Made by a program: the position numbers and the translations under genes. The notes below the pieces were generated by a model, which made no database searches, was not told where the DNA came from, and saw only the letters and a program-made list of their open reading frames with translations. From contig JBHGNT010000016.1 in the NCBI GenBank assembly GCA_043228905.1, positions 7,006,001-7,070,000 on the forward strand: 64,000 bases of DNA, given 5' to 3'. The stretch's first letter is position 1. Each line of letters begins with the position of its first letter. This DNA is from Azolla caroliniana (Eukaryota; Plantae; Polypodiophyta). This document shows positions 1-12,726 of the stretch, piece after piece.

Positions 1-334
1 GGAAGACAACAGTCCTCATTTAAATTACATCAAAATCTCAAGCAGCATGGCCATATTATATGAGCTTAAAATCCAGGGCACTAAACAAAGAAAGGAGACA
101 TATATCACGAAAAAACAAGCTACAGTGGGATTGGTAGATCAGATCACATGATCTAACTTAACATATAGAGCTAAACAAGAAGAAGAAAGACAATTTAAGA
201 TAATTGCATTATAGAGAGTAGAACCGCTTTGTAACATAAATAGCTAAAACAAAACAAAGAAGAAAACAGAAAATTAAGAGAAGTAGAAAACAAATACATT
301 ATATAGTAGACGACTAGTGATAAAAGAATTTTAC

Positions 335-833
335 CACAGAGCAAAACCGGTATAGAAGCGACCCGAGCAAGTGTAAGAAGAGTTGGAAGGGTAAGAATCT
401 TATTAGCATTAGGGTTTAGCGGATGTTTTTCTTCTGGCTTATTATGCATTTCTCCATAGCCACTGCCATCACCACCATCATCCTCGTTAACAATAAGCTC
501 ACCATTCAGAAGCATGATTTCTTCTGTGAATGACGGAGCTCTTTCCCCTTCTAATGCTTGGATAGGTGTAAGGGTTTTATTCTTGTGAACGATGTTCTTT
601 TCTGCAGGTATTAGGGATTTCCTTGCGCGAATTAGCGTTTTTGCAGAGAAGAAGCAGGGGGGTGAGGGTGCAGAGGAGCCATGGAAAGCTTGATTTGATC
701 TGTATTGGAGATGTTTTGCAACAATTGAGGAAGAAGGAGGAGGAGAAGGAGAAGGACAGAGGAGGAAGAAATGGGTCTTTCTTCTCCCTCTTCTGAAGAG
801 AGATGGTGCTGCTGAAAGCTGGAGCAACACCAT
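335..833 (-). CDS. PGP1: CDP-diacylglycerol--glycerol-3-phosphate 3-phosphatidyltransferase (PGP synthase), exon 1; the gene continues off the left edge of the window
   Basis: ATG at 833 opens a Ser/Pro/Arg-rich transit-peptide-like segment. It is followed by KILTLPTLLTLARVASIPVLL, typical of the N-terminus of plant PGP synthases (CDP-alcohol phosphatidyltransferases). Donor G|GTAA at 334. Confidence 0.8.
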
Positions 834-959
834 GGCTTCTTCTTCTTCTTCTTCTTCTTCTTCCTTCCTCTTCTTCCTTCTTCCTTCTTCTTCTCTTTCT
901 GATCTTCTTGTTTCCATTATTTGCAAATATGTCCCCTTCCCATTTTTACTATCGCCCAT

Positions 960-1370
960 GTGTGATTAAGCCTCCTTTGTCTCCACTCCAGTTTTAACTG
1001 CGTAATTAACCTACTTAATCTCCCATTAGCCGAGTCATTAATCTTGTTAATATCCTGATTATTGTGTGATCAGACTCTTTAATCTCCCAATAACTATGTG
1101 ATTAAACCTCCTTAATCCCCCCCCCCCCCCAATCGAGTAAGTGACTAGCTTCTTTAATCTCCCATATTACGTGGGTGATTAGTCTACTTAATTTGTAGTT
1201 AAATTAATTTGTTGATTGATGTGCTTACTATCTAGTTAAGAGAATTGGTGATTAGCCTCCTCATATCTAGTTAAATTAATTAGGTGGTTAGCCTCCACTT
1301 GATTAAGCAAGCAACCTCCTTAACCCTTTCCCCCCATTAATTATGTGATTAACCTCTCTAATCTCCCATC
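960..1370. repeat. Degenerate tandem array of a GTGATTA(G/A)CCTC(C/T)TTAATCTCCC-like unit
   Basis: Roughly ten imperfect copies visible by eye upstream of the PGP synthase ATG. Confidence 0.55.
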
Positions 1371-2013
1371 CACATTGATTCATTCGCACATCCATCTAAT
1401 TTCTAAGAGTCACTTACATGAGTGCAGAAATCCCGATTAATTGCTTACCGATGATGTATCTAAAATGTTGGGCATTTGGGGTACTTTGCATAAGAATGAA
1501 GTGGAGCATGTCCTAGGCCCTAGTACTTTGGAAGAAAGCCGAGCAATGTTGTGGTAATATAGGGGTGCATGGTTCCTCGTAACTTCCTCAATGTGGGTAG
1601 GCGTCTCCTTTACTTTATTGCCCTATATAACCGCATCGAATTCCATTTGTGTTAAAGCGGCATGGAGTCACTATGAAGCCGAAGAACCCTACCCACTACA
1701 AAGGGGGACCATTCGCATTACATGTGCACTACTCGTTTATCAAAGAACATACGGGAACTTTATCAAAGAACTTTATCCGACAATCTACTTTGATGTTCAA
1801 GGGGAACAAAAATACAATGTTCATTGGTTCTTCGGCCCTAGAACTACGGTGTGCACCCAACCGACGATAGAGAGACCAATGCCAAAGTTTTTTTTTTTTT
1901 TTCTCGCACACCCGGATCAGGAAGTTGCGAGGAGCAAATACAGATATATTAAGCAATCATCGAGCTGCCAGATCAGATCATTCCTTTTACATCCCCTTAG
2001 GGATGGATCAAGC

Positions 2014-2373
2014 CGGGGGGGCATTATAATGAAGTGGCCTGGGGTTTTCAGGGGGCCATATCATAGTACGTAAAATTCGTGTTCGTCTAGCATAACATTC
2101 GTTTTCCTATGTTAAAAAACGAATGCGAATGTTATTCAAACATTCTTGTGTTTTTTCCCATTTTTTTAATGTTTTTTTTTCATTTTTTAGGCTAATTTAC
2201 CTCATAATAAATAGATAATCCAAAAGTATGGTATTTATCATTCTTTGAGGGTGTTTTTCTCGCGCGAATGGTTCAATCATTCGTGAATGCGAATGCACGT
2301 ATGGTTCATACTATGGGCCATATATTGGCCCCCTGAAAACCCCAGGCCACTTCATTATAATGCCCCCCCCCCC
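2014..2373. mobile_element. Foldback/palindromic MITE-like element with ~45 bp arms, interrupted at its centre by a hAT MITE
   Basis: Left arm GGGGGGGCATTATAATGAAGTGGCCTGGGGTTTTCAGGGGGCCA; its exact reverse complement lies at ~2326-2373. Confidence 0.75.
2062..2315. mobile_element. hAT-type MITE (254 bp)
   Basis: Termini CATAGTA...TACTATG, a perfect 8-bp TSD GGCCATAT (2054-2061 and 2316-2323), and subterminal CGAAT/ATTCG motifs. Confidence 0.85.
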
Positions 2374-2408
2374 AATAGCTAGACGTGAAGGAATTGTCAC
2401 GTGATCGA

Positions 2409-2512
2409 AAGAAGCTCTGGGAAGAACAAAAGTTAAGTAAACAGAGTCCGGCAACTGGGAAAGAAGCTCTGGGAAGAAGAAAAGTTAAGTAAATAGAGTC
2501 CAGCAACTGGGA
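2409..2512. repeat. 52-bp direct tandem duplication upstream of mannosidase II
   Basis: AAGAAGCTCTGGGAAGAA(C/G)AAAAGTTAAGTAAA(C/T)AGAGTCC(G/A)GCAACTGGGA occurs twice. Confidence 0.85.
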
Positions 2513-2665
2513 AAACACGAGTGTTCCGCGATCGATATGCAGCAAAACCAGCGGTTTTCGGACCGCCCGCTTTGACAGGTGGTTTTTGTTTTTCGGTCAA
2601 AAAAATAACCCGCCTTTCCCATGACCTCAAAACCGCCATATACATCTACTCTTCTACTCTACTCC

Positions 2666-2698
<33 letters not shown>

Positions 2699-2890
2699 AG
2701 TTTAGTTTTAGTTTTAGTTTTTAGTAAATTCATGGAAACAAAAAATTTTAAAGAAAAAAATCGTCTCGAGATCTACACTCCTCGGGCTACTCTGTTTTAC
2801 CCAGACGCTCTCTGCTCAATTTCTTCCATGGATTCTTCTCAAACTGCTGGCATCAGAGATAATCTTTAAACAATTCACTTTTGGGTGGCC

Positions 2891-4075
2891 ATGGCAGCTT
2901 CCTCTAGGCGCAATTCTTCGAAGCTTCCATCGCCCGCATCAAGCTATGACACCAAACATAAGAATCGGCGGCGAGGAAGAGTCTTACAGGAGATCTCAGT
3001 CAAGCAAAGCAGGGCTTTGATGCTCATCTTTGCATGTGCTCTTCTCATCCTCATGTGGGTTTTCCATGTGTTCACACCGATTGACCCCCTCGAGGTGATC
3101 ACACCATCGATCGGGTTCAATTTGTCCGAAGCTCTAGCAGACATAAAGATGAGTGATCTTTATGATTCAATTGAATTTGATGATGTTGATGGGGGTGCTT
3201 GGAAACAAGGGTGGGATGTTAAGTATGTAGGAAATGAATGGAACAAGAAGAAGCTTCGTGTTTTTGTCGTCCCACACTCTCACAACGACCCTGGTTGGCT
3301 TCAGACCTTTGAAGAGTATTACCAAGAGAGATCTCGCAAGATTCTATCGACTATTGTTCAGGCACTTCGAAAGGTAAACCATTTTTCATTCTGCATTGTC
3401 TCCATGATATCTGTCTCATCTCGTCTGATTTCCATGTCAATACTAAATAGATTTCCTCTCCATATAAAATACACTATTCGGTTGTTTGAAATTTACAGTT
3501 TTTCATTTACATTTTGTGTCCATGCTCATTGTTTGATATTTACGATCGATGAATACGATGGGTTTACCTCCCCAGGGTTTCAGGGCTGATCTCTGTGTCT
3601 TAAAATACTATTACACTTCATAGCCCAAGAAAGAAATCATAATTAATTATGAGACCAAGCAATGGCATGCTATAAAATAAATGGTGGGAATGTGAATCTC
3701 ATCTACTTCTCCAATGATCTATCAAATATTCAACATTGTGTCCATTTGGATTTTGTCAAAATGCTTATCGTGTCATATTTTTAGTGGTATATACTGTAGA
3801 TTGCTAAGATGGGTTTTCTGGCCTATGGGTCATGGGTGATCTTTGTGGTCTGAACACCACCCTAGAAAATCAAGAGCTACTCTAAAGTTGGCATTGGGCA
3901 TTACATAAAAGGCAATGGGTGGGAAGCGAATTGCATCTACATTCCAAGTGACTTAGCGATATTGATTCATTTCTATCTCACTGTGTTTGGTTATCAAACC
4001 AAATAATTTCTGCTATATCTAGTCTAGATGTAGTTTTTATGCTTTTTTTGAGTGAGTGAGTGAGTGAGAGAGAGC

Positions 4076-4108
<33 letters not shown>

Positions 4109-7100
4109 CATAATGTTCCTGTTGTGATCAATCAAGTTCTCTTGGAACTATTTAGACCCATAATCCATTGTTAATATAGGACAAGCGACGCAAATTTATA
4201 TGGGAAGAAATGTCTTACCTGGAGCGGTGGTGGAGAGATGCAACTGATGCTGAGAAGAGGGATTTTATCGGACTAGTTGAAAATGGTCAGCTTGAAATTG
4301 TTGGAGGTGGCTGGGTCATGAATGATGAGGTATTTTATGCAAATAAGTATGTCGTTTATATCATTTTAATTGTAAGCATACTATTCAAAGCTAGCAGTAT
4401 ATCTATTTTAGGTCAAAAGTGTTAACATACGCGAACTGCACGCACACAGACTTGAGGATAGACAATCATTTTATTTCTATTGATCTGATTCGTATCCTGT
4501 GTTTGTTGTACCATATTTCCTCTAGTTTATCATTATTCTTAGCATGCTTATGGAATGGTTTGTTGTATGTTGTTTCTCATTCAATTGAATCTGAATTTGT
4601 CTTTGGACGCATAAGTTTTTGATTAGATGTTCCAATGGAAATCATGGGAGCCATTTATATGAAATATATCAAAGGAGATGCAAGATTTTTTTCTGATTGA
4701 AACTGAAAAAAATGATAAATTGGATCATGTTTCAACAACGGGCTTATGCGACATTTTTCTTCTAGCTGGCATACAACCAAAACATCTTTATCTATCTTTA
4801 AATGGATATGGAAGTCTATTGATGTACAGTATCTTTTCTGGAAGACTTTTGCTTATAAATGGCATTCATTTGTGTTAATTAAGGGTTTGATAAAGTAAAG
4901 TTGTTGTTCAAAATCCAATTGCTGGAAGAGATTTAACTAACATGTATTCATGGATGTGACAGGCTAATTCTCATTATTATGCCATCATTGAACAAGTATG
5001 TTGTTTTCATTAGCTCATTTTATTGAACTTGTAATGATTATGATTCTTTCCCTAATAGAGTAATTTAATGATTTGTTTTATTCTGCAGATCACTGAGGGA
5101 AACCGTTGGCTTCATGAAACAGTTGGTGCTGTTCCAAAAAACTCTTGGGCTATAGATCCCTTTGGGCACTCTCCAACTATGGCATACCTTTTAAAAAAAA
5201 TGGGCTTCGAAAATATGCTCATTCAAAGGACACATTATGAAGTGAAAAAGGTTCTTGCACAAGAAACAAATCTGGAATTCTTCTGGAGACAAAGCTGGGA
5301 TAAATACAATAAAACTGACATATTCTGCCATATGATGCCATTCTACTCTTATGATATACCACATACTTGTGGTCCAGAGCCAGCTATATGTTGTCAGTTT
5401 GATTATTGGCGTCTTCCTGGGTTTGGCTTGGCAGCACATTGTCCATGGGGCCAGGACCCCCAAAGGATAACTTTGGATAATATCAAAGAGAGAGCTGAAA
5501 AATTATTGGATCAATATAGAAAGAAATCTACCCTATACAAGACAAATACGCTTCTTGTACCGCTTGGAGATGATTTTCGGTATATTACAATTGCAGAAGC
5601 AGATATTCAGTTTGAGAATTATCAGAAGATCTTTGATTATATTAATACACATTCAAAGTTCAAGGCCGAATTGTCCTTTGGGACTCTTGAAGATTACTTC
5701 ATGGCAGCTAAGGTAGAGATGGCAGCCCAGAGAGGGAAGGTGAAATTTCCTTCTCTTTCCGGCGATTTTTTCACATATGCTGATCGACAACATGATTATT
5801 GGAGTGGGTATTATGTCTCACGCCCATTCTATAAGTCAATAGATCGTGTTTTGGAAGAAACCTTACGGGCAACAGATATTTTATATTCTCTATCATTGGG
5901 TTATTGTCAACCATCAAATCAAAGTAGTTTTCCTTTTCCATCAAGTGAGAAGCTAGTAACCGCTCGTCGGACACTTGCATTATTTCAACATCATGATGGC
6001 ATAACTGGCACTGCAAAAAACCATGTGGTTATTGATTATGCAAGAAAGATGCAATCAGCACTTCTGGATTTGCAAAGGTTTATGGCACAAGCTATGGCTA
6101 TCATGCTTGGTAAAGGCTCTTTGGAAGGCATGTGTAGCGATATGGATTTGGATGTATTCACCCCAGAGAAAGATCACAACTCACATGATATGCCACCAGT
6201 TAAGAAGGTCATCAATTTAACAAATGATGAAGTACAGAGAGTGGTGGTTTACAATCCCCTTGAAGAGCCAGTAAATCAGGTCATTATGATCCTTGTGGGG
6301 AGGGCAGATATATGTGTAATGAGTGCTGAATGGGAACCTATTGAAAGTCAATTAAGTCCTGAATGGATGATTGATAAGAGTGGCAAAATCATGACTAGTG
6401 GCAAACACCGTTTGCATTGGCTAGCACGAGTTCCACCAATGGGTATACAAACATTCTTCATTTCAGTTTCAAAGGATTCAATGTCATGCAATGCTGCAAA
6501 GCATGCACAGGTGAAGTTTTCTAACACTCCTGGTACAATATTCTCGTGTCCTTCTCCCTATGAATGCATTCAAATAGAGGAAGATGTAGTTGAAATATGT
6601 AACCAACATCAAGCAATGACCTTCTCAGTTCAAGATGGGCTCTTGAAACGCTTGAAAATTCGTAAGGATGGTCATGGAATTTCATTGGAAGAAGACATTG
6701 CGTTCTACTCTAGTGTTGGGAGTGGAGCTTATCTCTTCAAACCAGTTGGAGAAGCTAAATCTATTGTCAATCCAGGTGGTTCAATGGTGGTTACTCTTGG
6801 GCATCTAATGCAAGAGGTATTTACACATCCTAAAACCTCATGGAACCCTTCTCCAGTTTATCGGAGAGCACGGCTTTACACAGCAATTGATTCTGTTCAA
6901 GCTTTCATGGCTGAAATAGAGTACCATGTGGAGCTGCTTGGTTATGACTATAATGACAAAGAGCTAATTGTCAAATTCGAAACAGATCTCGATACTGAAA
7001 ATACCTTCTTTTCTGACCTTAATGGGTACCAAACCATAGCAAGAAAGAATCGAGAGAAGATCCCTCTCCAAGGAAACTACTACCCGATGCCATCTCTTGC

Positions 7101-7839
7101 ATTCTTGCAAGGATCACAGGGGCAAAGATTTTCACTGCACACTCGTCAAGCACTTGGCGTAACAAGCCTGAAAAGTGGCACTCTTGAGGTAATGCTTGAT
7201 AGGAGGTTAACAAGAGATGATGACAGAGGTATGGGCCAAGGTGTGCTTGATAATCATCCGATGGACATTACTTTTCATATTCTTCTAGAGAGAAATATAA
7301 CATCAGTGCCAGACATTGTTGCATCAACTCCGCGTGTGCCCTCTTTGCTTTCACATAGAATCTCAGCTCAGCTGAACTATCCTATGCATTCTTTTTTCAG
7401 CCGAATTGAGAGCACATCAGCTGCTCAAACAGCCCTTCTTCAGAAGAAGTTTGCACCATTGGCAGTGAACTTCCCGTGTGATTTGCATGTAGTAAGCTTC
7501 AAGGCAGTGAGGTGTGTTGAAAAGATTGAATATGCTCTGACTTTGCATCGCCGAGGATGGGATAATTCGTATTGCCGGAAAGGGCAGACCCAATGCATCC
7601 GAATGTCGGATGAAAATATCAGTGCATTTGATATCTTTGACCATCTGACTGTGTCTTCGGCAAAAGTGTCTTCATTGAACTTGCTACATGATAATGCTAA
7701 AGATTCAAGACACAGTATCGTGAGTAGGAAACAAGGAGGAGGTTTTGCTGATGAGAAAGTTTTCCTTAGTTTGGCTCCTATGGAGATACAATCATTGAAG
7801 CTTAAATTTTCAATGAACCAACAAGTAGGCTTGGTTTAG
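2891..7839 (+). CDS. GMII: Golgi alpha-mannosidase II (GH38); exons 2891-3373, 4180-4329, 4963-4995, 5089-7839; ~1138 aa
   Basis: Type II TM anchor. GH38 motifs VVPHSHNDPGW, FIWEEMSYLERWW, GGGWVMNDEANSHY, WAIDPFGHS, PLGDDFRY and FQHHDGITGT. All introns are GT-AG and preserve the frame. Confidence 0.96.
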
Positions 7840-8345
7840 TTCTTGTTGAGATGTTTTCGAAGATTTTTCATTCTATCGAATTCATTCTTGCTCACATTTC
7901 TTGGGAAATTGGAAAACAAAGAGTGCCCCCAAGCAAATACCATGAAAAGAATAGGCAATGCTTCAATTTTCTAACTGTTTATCATAACATGATATCGTTA
8001 TAATGGCATAATGCAAACCTTAAAACTTTCTCATGGTAATACATCATTTACGTCCAATTATAGTCGTATTATTTGGTTATTCAGTGTAGTTGTTCCATGC
8101 TTCTAGCATGTCTAATTAATGTGACCGAGTTTTTCACAAAAAAGCCTGTCTATTTGTTCAATAATATCCATTGGTTTTTAGCTGTAAAGCATAATTTGAC
8201 ATACGTTCACAATCACCAAGGGACAATACATCATACTGTGTTAATAAGACCTAAAGTGACTAATTGTTATAGTAGATTCTAAGAAACTAGCATTAATGTA
8301 TAAGCATACAAATTCAGCATACTCAGCCATAAGCTTGGCCCCTAC

Positions 8346-9382
8346 TCATTGAATTTGTTCTCTACATTCAAACACCTGAGAGGGCAGTCTTCTCGCCTCC
8401 CAAGCCTTAAAACAACCATCATACAAAACATCACTTATGCACCACCGACAGTGATCGAATGGACAGCATTTCTCCCTATTGGTTATATCAGCACAATCTC
8501 GTACCTCTTTCAATTTCCTTTGCTGAGACCCATTACAATTGGCACCTAACTTTTCCACCATCTCTTTGTGATAACATTCCTGAGGCAATTCACACCACTC
8601 ACAATCACTTCCATGAGCACTCTTGCAAGAGAATCTATCCCCAAACATGCACCTACTGTGGTTAGCGCTCCGAGCTTTTAGTTCCATAGCCTCACCCACT
8701 GATAGTGACAACAAAGCAAACAGAGATGTTGACAACTGTAGTAACCTGCACTCGACGAATCATTCACCGAATCACTTCATGATCCAAGCCATCTAGCATA
8801 TTATAATATTGATTGTCGAATATTATCATTATTCGTAGAGCAAAGATTATAATTTTGCGCATTGATGTTAGACAGGTTTTTCAACCAATTCCTAGATAGG
8901 AATCTGTCATCGTAGCCATTTTAGGATTTGCTTCCTATAGGTCGAAATTCTGGTGCATCAATGTAAAAGTTTCATTTTCTCGCCATTGAGACCAGAGTAG
9001 ATAGCATTAGAGGATGAAAGAGACTGTTATCATATAGAATCCAACCTTAGAGATCATTAATCCATGTTAGGAATATAGTTAATCAACCCAACCAAAATAA
9101 CCATTGAAAACAAAAGAGCAAAACAAAGACAGTAAAGAAACCAAGAAAAATGGCTATTTACTACTGCAAAGGAGAATGTTGTCACACGAAGAATCAATCC
9201 TAAAAGCAGTTACCGTTACTAACTAATTCAAATTTCTCAAAAGGAAAAAGAAACAAGACGAAAAATAAAAAGAATAGAAGAAAATGGCAGAAAAACAATG
9301 AGAACGAGGGAAAGGAAATCGATTAACAATTAAAAAATAGAAGGAAAATGGCAGTTAGGTCTGTATACCTGCAAGCATTCAT
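8346..9382 (-). CDS. Small secreted Cys-rich protein (~137 aa) with two PSI-like CxWC repeats; exons 9369-9382 and 8346-8745
   Basis: A 14-nt first exon ATGAATGCTTGCAG|GT splices in phase to TGCAG|G at 8745, giving signal-peptide-like MNACRLLQLSTSLFALLSLSVGEA. The C-terminal CRWC...CFKAWEARRLPSQVFEC resembles a conserved uncharacterised plant family. Confidence 0.72.
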
Positions 9383-9761
9383 TCTTTTTCTTTTTTCTTT
9401 TTTATTTCTTCAATGGAATTTTCTCAGAAACCTTGAAAATGAAACCACAAGATGCATATTGGACAAGAAGAAAAAAGACCCATCTTCAGAAAAGTGCTCT
9501 CCTTTGTTCTATCGCTTATCTTGCGATGATTTTATCTGTCATGTCATGGAAAAAACATCTGTTTTGCTTTCTCTATCCCCCTTTGGACGAATAGGAAAGA
9601 ATGTTCTTTACATTAGAGCATCAGGAAATAACATCAGAAAATGGAGCCTTTTGGCAAAAAGGAAGAAAGAATAAAAACTAGTTATATTTTATGCAGGTAT
9701 TATTAGAGAGGCCCTCTTCCTCCTCCATAGCTCATTAGCCATTGGCCTGAGCCGGGTCTCC

Positions 9762-9970
9762 GTCTGTAATTGTATGCGTATTTGGACGGTCATCGTATCG
9801 GTATACGCATTCAGATGGTCATCGTATCCGTATCCGTTTTCGGACGGTCATAGTATCCCTATCCGATCGTGTCTGGATGGTTATAGTATATGTATTGGCT
9901 ATTGTAGTCGTAGCCGTATATGGACAATAATCGTATCTCTATCGGTTATTGTATCATACCAAATACATCT
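9762..9970. repeat. CGTATC/GGACGG-rich subrepeat array, probably the end of a DNA transposon
   Basis: Repeated GTATCCGTAT, TGGACGGTCAT and ATCGTATC motifs. Confidence 0.5.
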
Positions 9971-9994
9971 ATGCACACACTCTCTCTCTCTCTG

Positions 9995-10607
9995 GTTTGG
10001 TAGCTGGTATGCGAGACACTTGCTTCATGATGCATCACTAGATTCCTTTGTAAATGAGGCCTTTTTGCAACGCCAATGTATCATGACATGGGACAAATGT
10101 GGAGTCTCACGCTTCACACATTATACTACACATGTTGCACCTAACTACAAAACCATATTCTTCGCGGAACGGGGAAACCGTACACATCGATACATGTTAG
10201 AGCCCATACCGTTATGTGCCATTCGAACCATTGCTTCCATCCGACTTAGCTCACGTGCATTGCGATGTGAGACATGGCCTTGGGGCACAAGTGATGAGAG
10301 TGGTCGGCTATGCACACTTTGCCCTAAACAAGTTCGCGAATATGAGTATCACACTTTGATACAATGCTCTGCCTTGGATCATATTCGACCATGCTTTCCA
10401 CATCTCTTCGACCGAGCCCAATCCTTGCATGAATTCCTCTCACAACCACAATGTGCACTCTCGATTGCAACATTCATTGGTAAAGTTCTTGAACATCGAG
10501 AGTCATTACTCACTTTCACACGTATCACATGAAATGTAATATTTTTTGTCTCATAGGTCATATTTGACCTCCGAAGACGATAATATAATCTATCTATCTA
10601 TCTATCT
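9995..10607 (+). mobile_element. 5'-truncated non-LTR retrotransposon (RTE-X/L2-like 3' end) with (TCTA)n tail
   Basis: ORF2 C-terminal motif IRLSSRALRCET...RLCTLC...EYEYHTLIQC, stop at 10532, then a TCTA microsatellite tail at ~10589-10607. Confidence 0.75.
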
Positions 10608-10609
10608 CT

Positions 10610-12726
10610 TTTGTGAAAACACACAATTATATATTAATGAATGTGTGTAAAAAACACTACTTACAATGGGTGTGACAATGGAGTATGGTTACCCAATAAC
10701 TACATCACATGGGGTAGTGGAACATGTTGAATTGCCAATAGGCAAGACGAACACTCCACTGAGGAAAGAATTTCCACTTGCTCCAATAAAGAAAATTGCC
10801 ACATTAGTTCTCCCTTCAACTTTCGTAGATATGCTTTCACTCCATGTCTACCATCAAATACTAAAGTGTTGCGCATGTTCCAATTATGACGCAATCCCTA
10901 ATATCTCAGAAATAGAAAAACGATCTCCATCTCGGATTTTAGACCAACCTGTGTAAATTGTGTAAACACCCACTGTCTAGGTGTTAAATAACATCGTGAT
11001 AAATCTTGCCAAATTAAAGAAATGTAACTCCAAATCTGACAAGCAGTTGGACATTGTATAAATCAATGAGTACTATCTTCCATTTGAACAACGCAAAAGA
11101 AGCAATTACCCATTCCTAGTCCACAACGCTTTAGAGCTAATCCCAAAGGCAACTCTCCAATCAAAACTCTCCAAATGAAGACCTTTGCTACACAAGTGAT
11201 AATTTAGAATGCCAACTATGATGTAAGATCGGCCACAACGACGTTTGACCCTGTAAACACCAATCAATCCACGATTGTTCTCTTGTTTGTAGAGGTAAGG
11301 GACCTTGCATCAATGCAATATTTTGTAGTTGTTGCCAAATAAATCCATAATTAGGCAAGATGCGTAATAATTGTCGCGTTTCAACAAACTCCAAAATTCT
11401 TTGAGATGGAGCCTCAACTATATCTCCCACCTCTTTGACCCCCAAACGAAATAAACGATTACATTGAGAGCACAATATCTCCTTTCTTGGCCAACATAAT
11501 AACCGAGAAGACAATGCTCTCTACTAGATGATGGTTTCCATACACATAACAAGAGTGCTTCTTGCCATGAGGTAACCAAGTGTTGAACACATGAAGAGCC
11601 CGGAATCCTAAGTGAAATACATCCATTCAGTAATTGCCACCATGTAGCCTTTATCGTTGACCTCCCATGTGTTAAACCCTTGTTGTCAATGAAATATTGA
11701 ACAATAGATATCCATGGTTGTGCATTTGAAAACATGTCTTCTAATAATGAAAATCTACGAGCCATCATATGCATAAATAAGTTCAATATTCTAGCTCCCC
11801 CCCAAGCGCTTAGGGCTTGCTAGATGATTCCAGGCAACCCAAGTGATTCCCATCTTATCCATCTTCTTCCACAACAAATATTGAAGAGGTTGCAAAACAT
11901 AATGCAAAACCTTCTTTGTCCATGGCAACAATGACAAGTAATATAATATCACAGGTTCCATAATACATTGTACAACCTTCAAGCGTACATGAAACAACCA
12001 AGATTCTGACTTCCAATACATGAACTTATCCCTCAATTTACTAGATATCCATTCAATCAATTGACCATTTGTAACATTCATTCCTAATGGATAGCCCAAG
12101 TGTCGCAATAGAGCCTTTCTTCTCCATGGATCCTTACCATCCTAAACATTCCAAATCCCTTTCAGTACATGATATGAGATTAGACTTCCTCCAATTAATA
12201 TGTAATCCGAAAGCCAATGCAAATTGGTTCCATACAAGCATCCCCTTCTCAAGATGATCTCATGATGCTTGTCAAAACATGAAAGAATAATCAACCAAAT
12301 CTTGTGCTACTAGTTGCCCTCTAGACGAAAGGTGTAGACCCACAATGTCACCATTTGTTGCAAGCCTTGATAGCATCACTAACAAGGGATGTGTAACAAT
12401 AGCAATCAACAATGGGCTAAGAGGACATCCTTGACAAACGGATCTTGTGAGGGAAATATCTGATGTAACTCCCCCATTAAGCATTACTTGAGACATCACA
12501 TCTTGTCCTAATAAAAATATGAGGCGAGACATACGAGGTCCAAAGCCCATTGTATGCATTAATCCAGAAACAAAGGACCAATTAACATGGTCATAAGCTT
12601 CCTCCAAATCTAATTGCACCATAATCAATTCTTGATGAGTGTTTCGAGCATAATCTATGGCCATTTGAACATTCAACACATTATGCCATTTGAATATTCA
12701 ACACATTATGACCATTTGACCATTCA
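10610..12726 (-). mobile_element. L1-clade LINE, 3' segment (RT core to C-terminus), degenerate
   Basis: QLDLEEAYDHVNW, RSVCQGCPLSPLL, RHLGYPLG and WVAWNHLASPKRLGG motifs in broken ORFs. Confidence 0.88.

Noticed and set aside
195-959. Full 254-aa ORF as the protein
   Set aside because: The N-terminal poly-E part derives from a (GAA)n tract upstream of the likely ATG, and the C-terminal part reads into the intron past the donor at 334.
9774-10532. 252-aa ORF as a host gene
   Set aside because: It is a chance fusion of a repeat array with a LINE 3' fragment.
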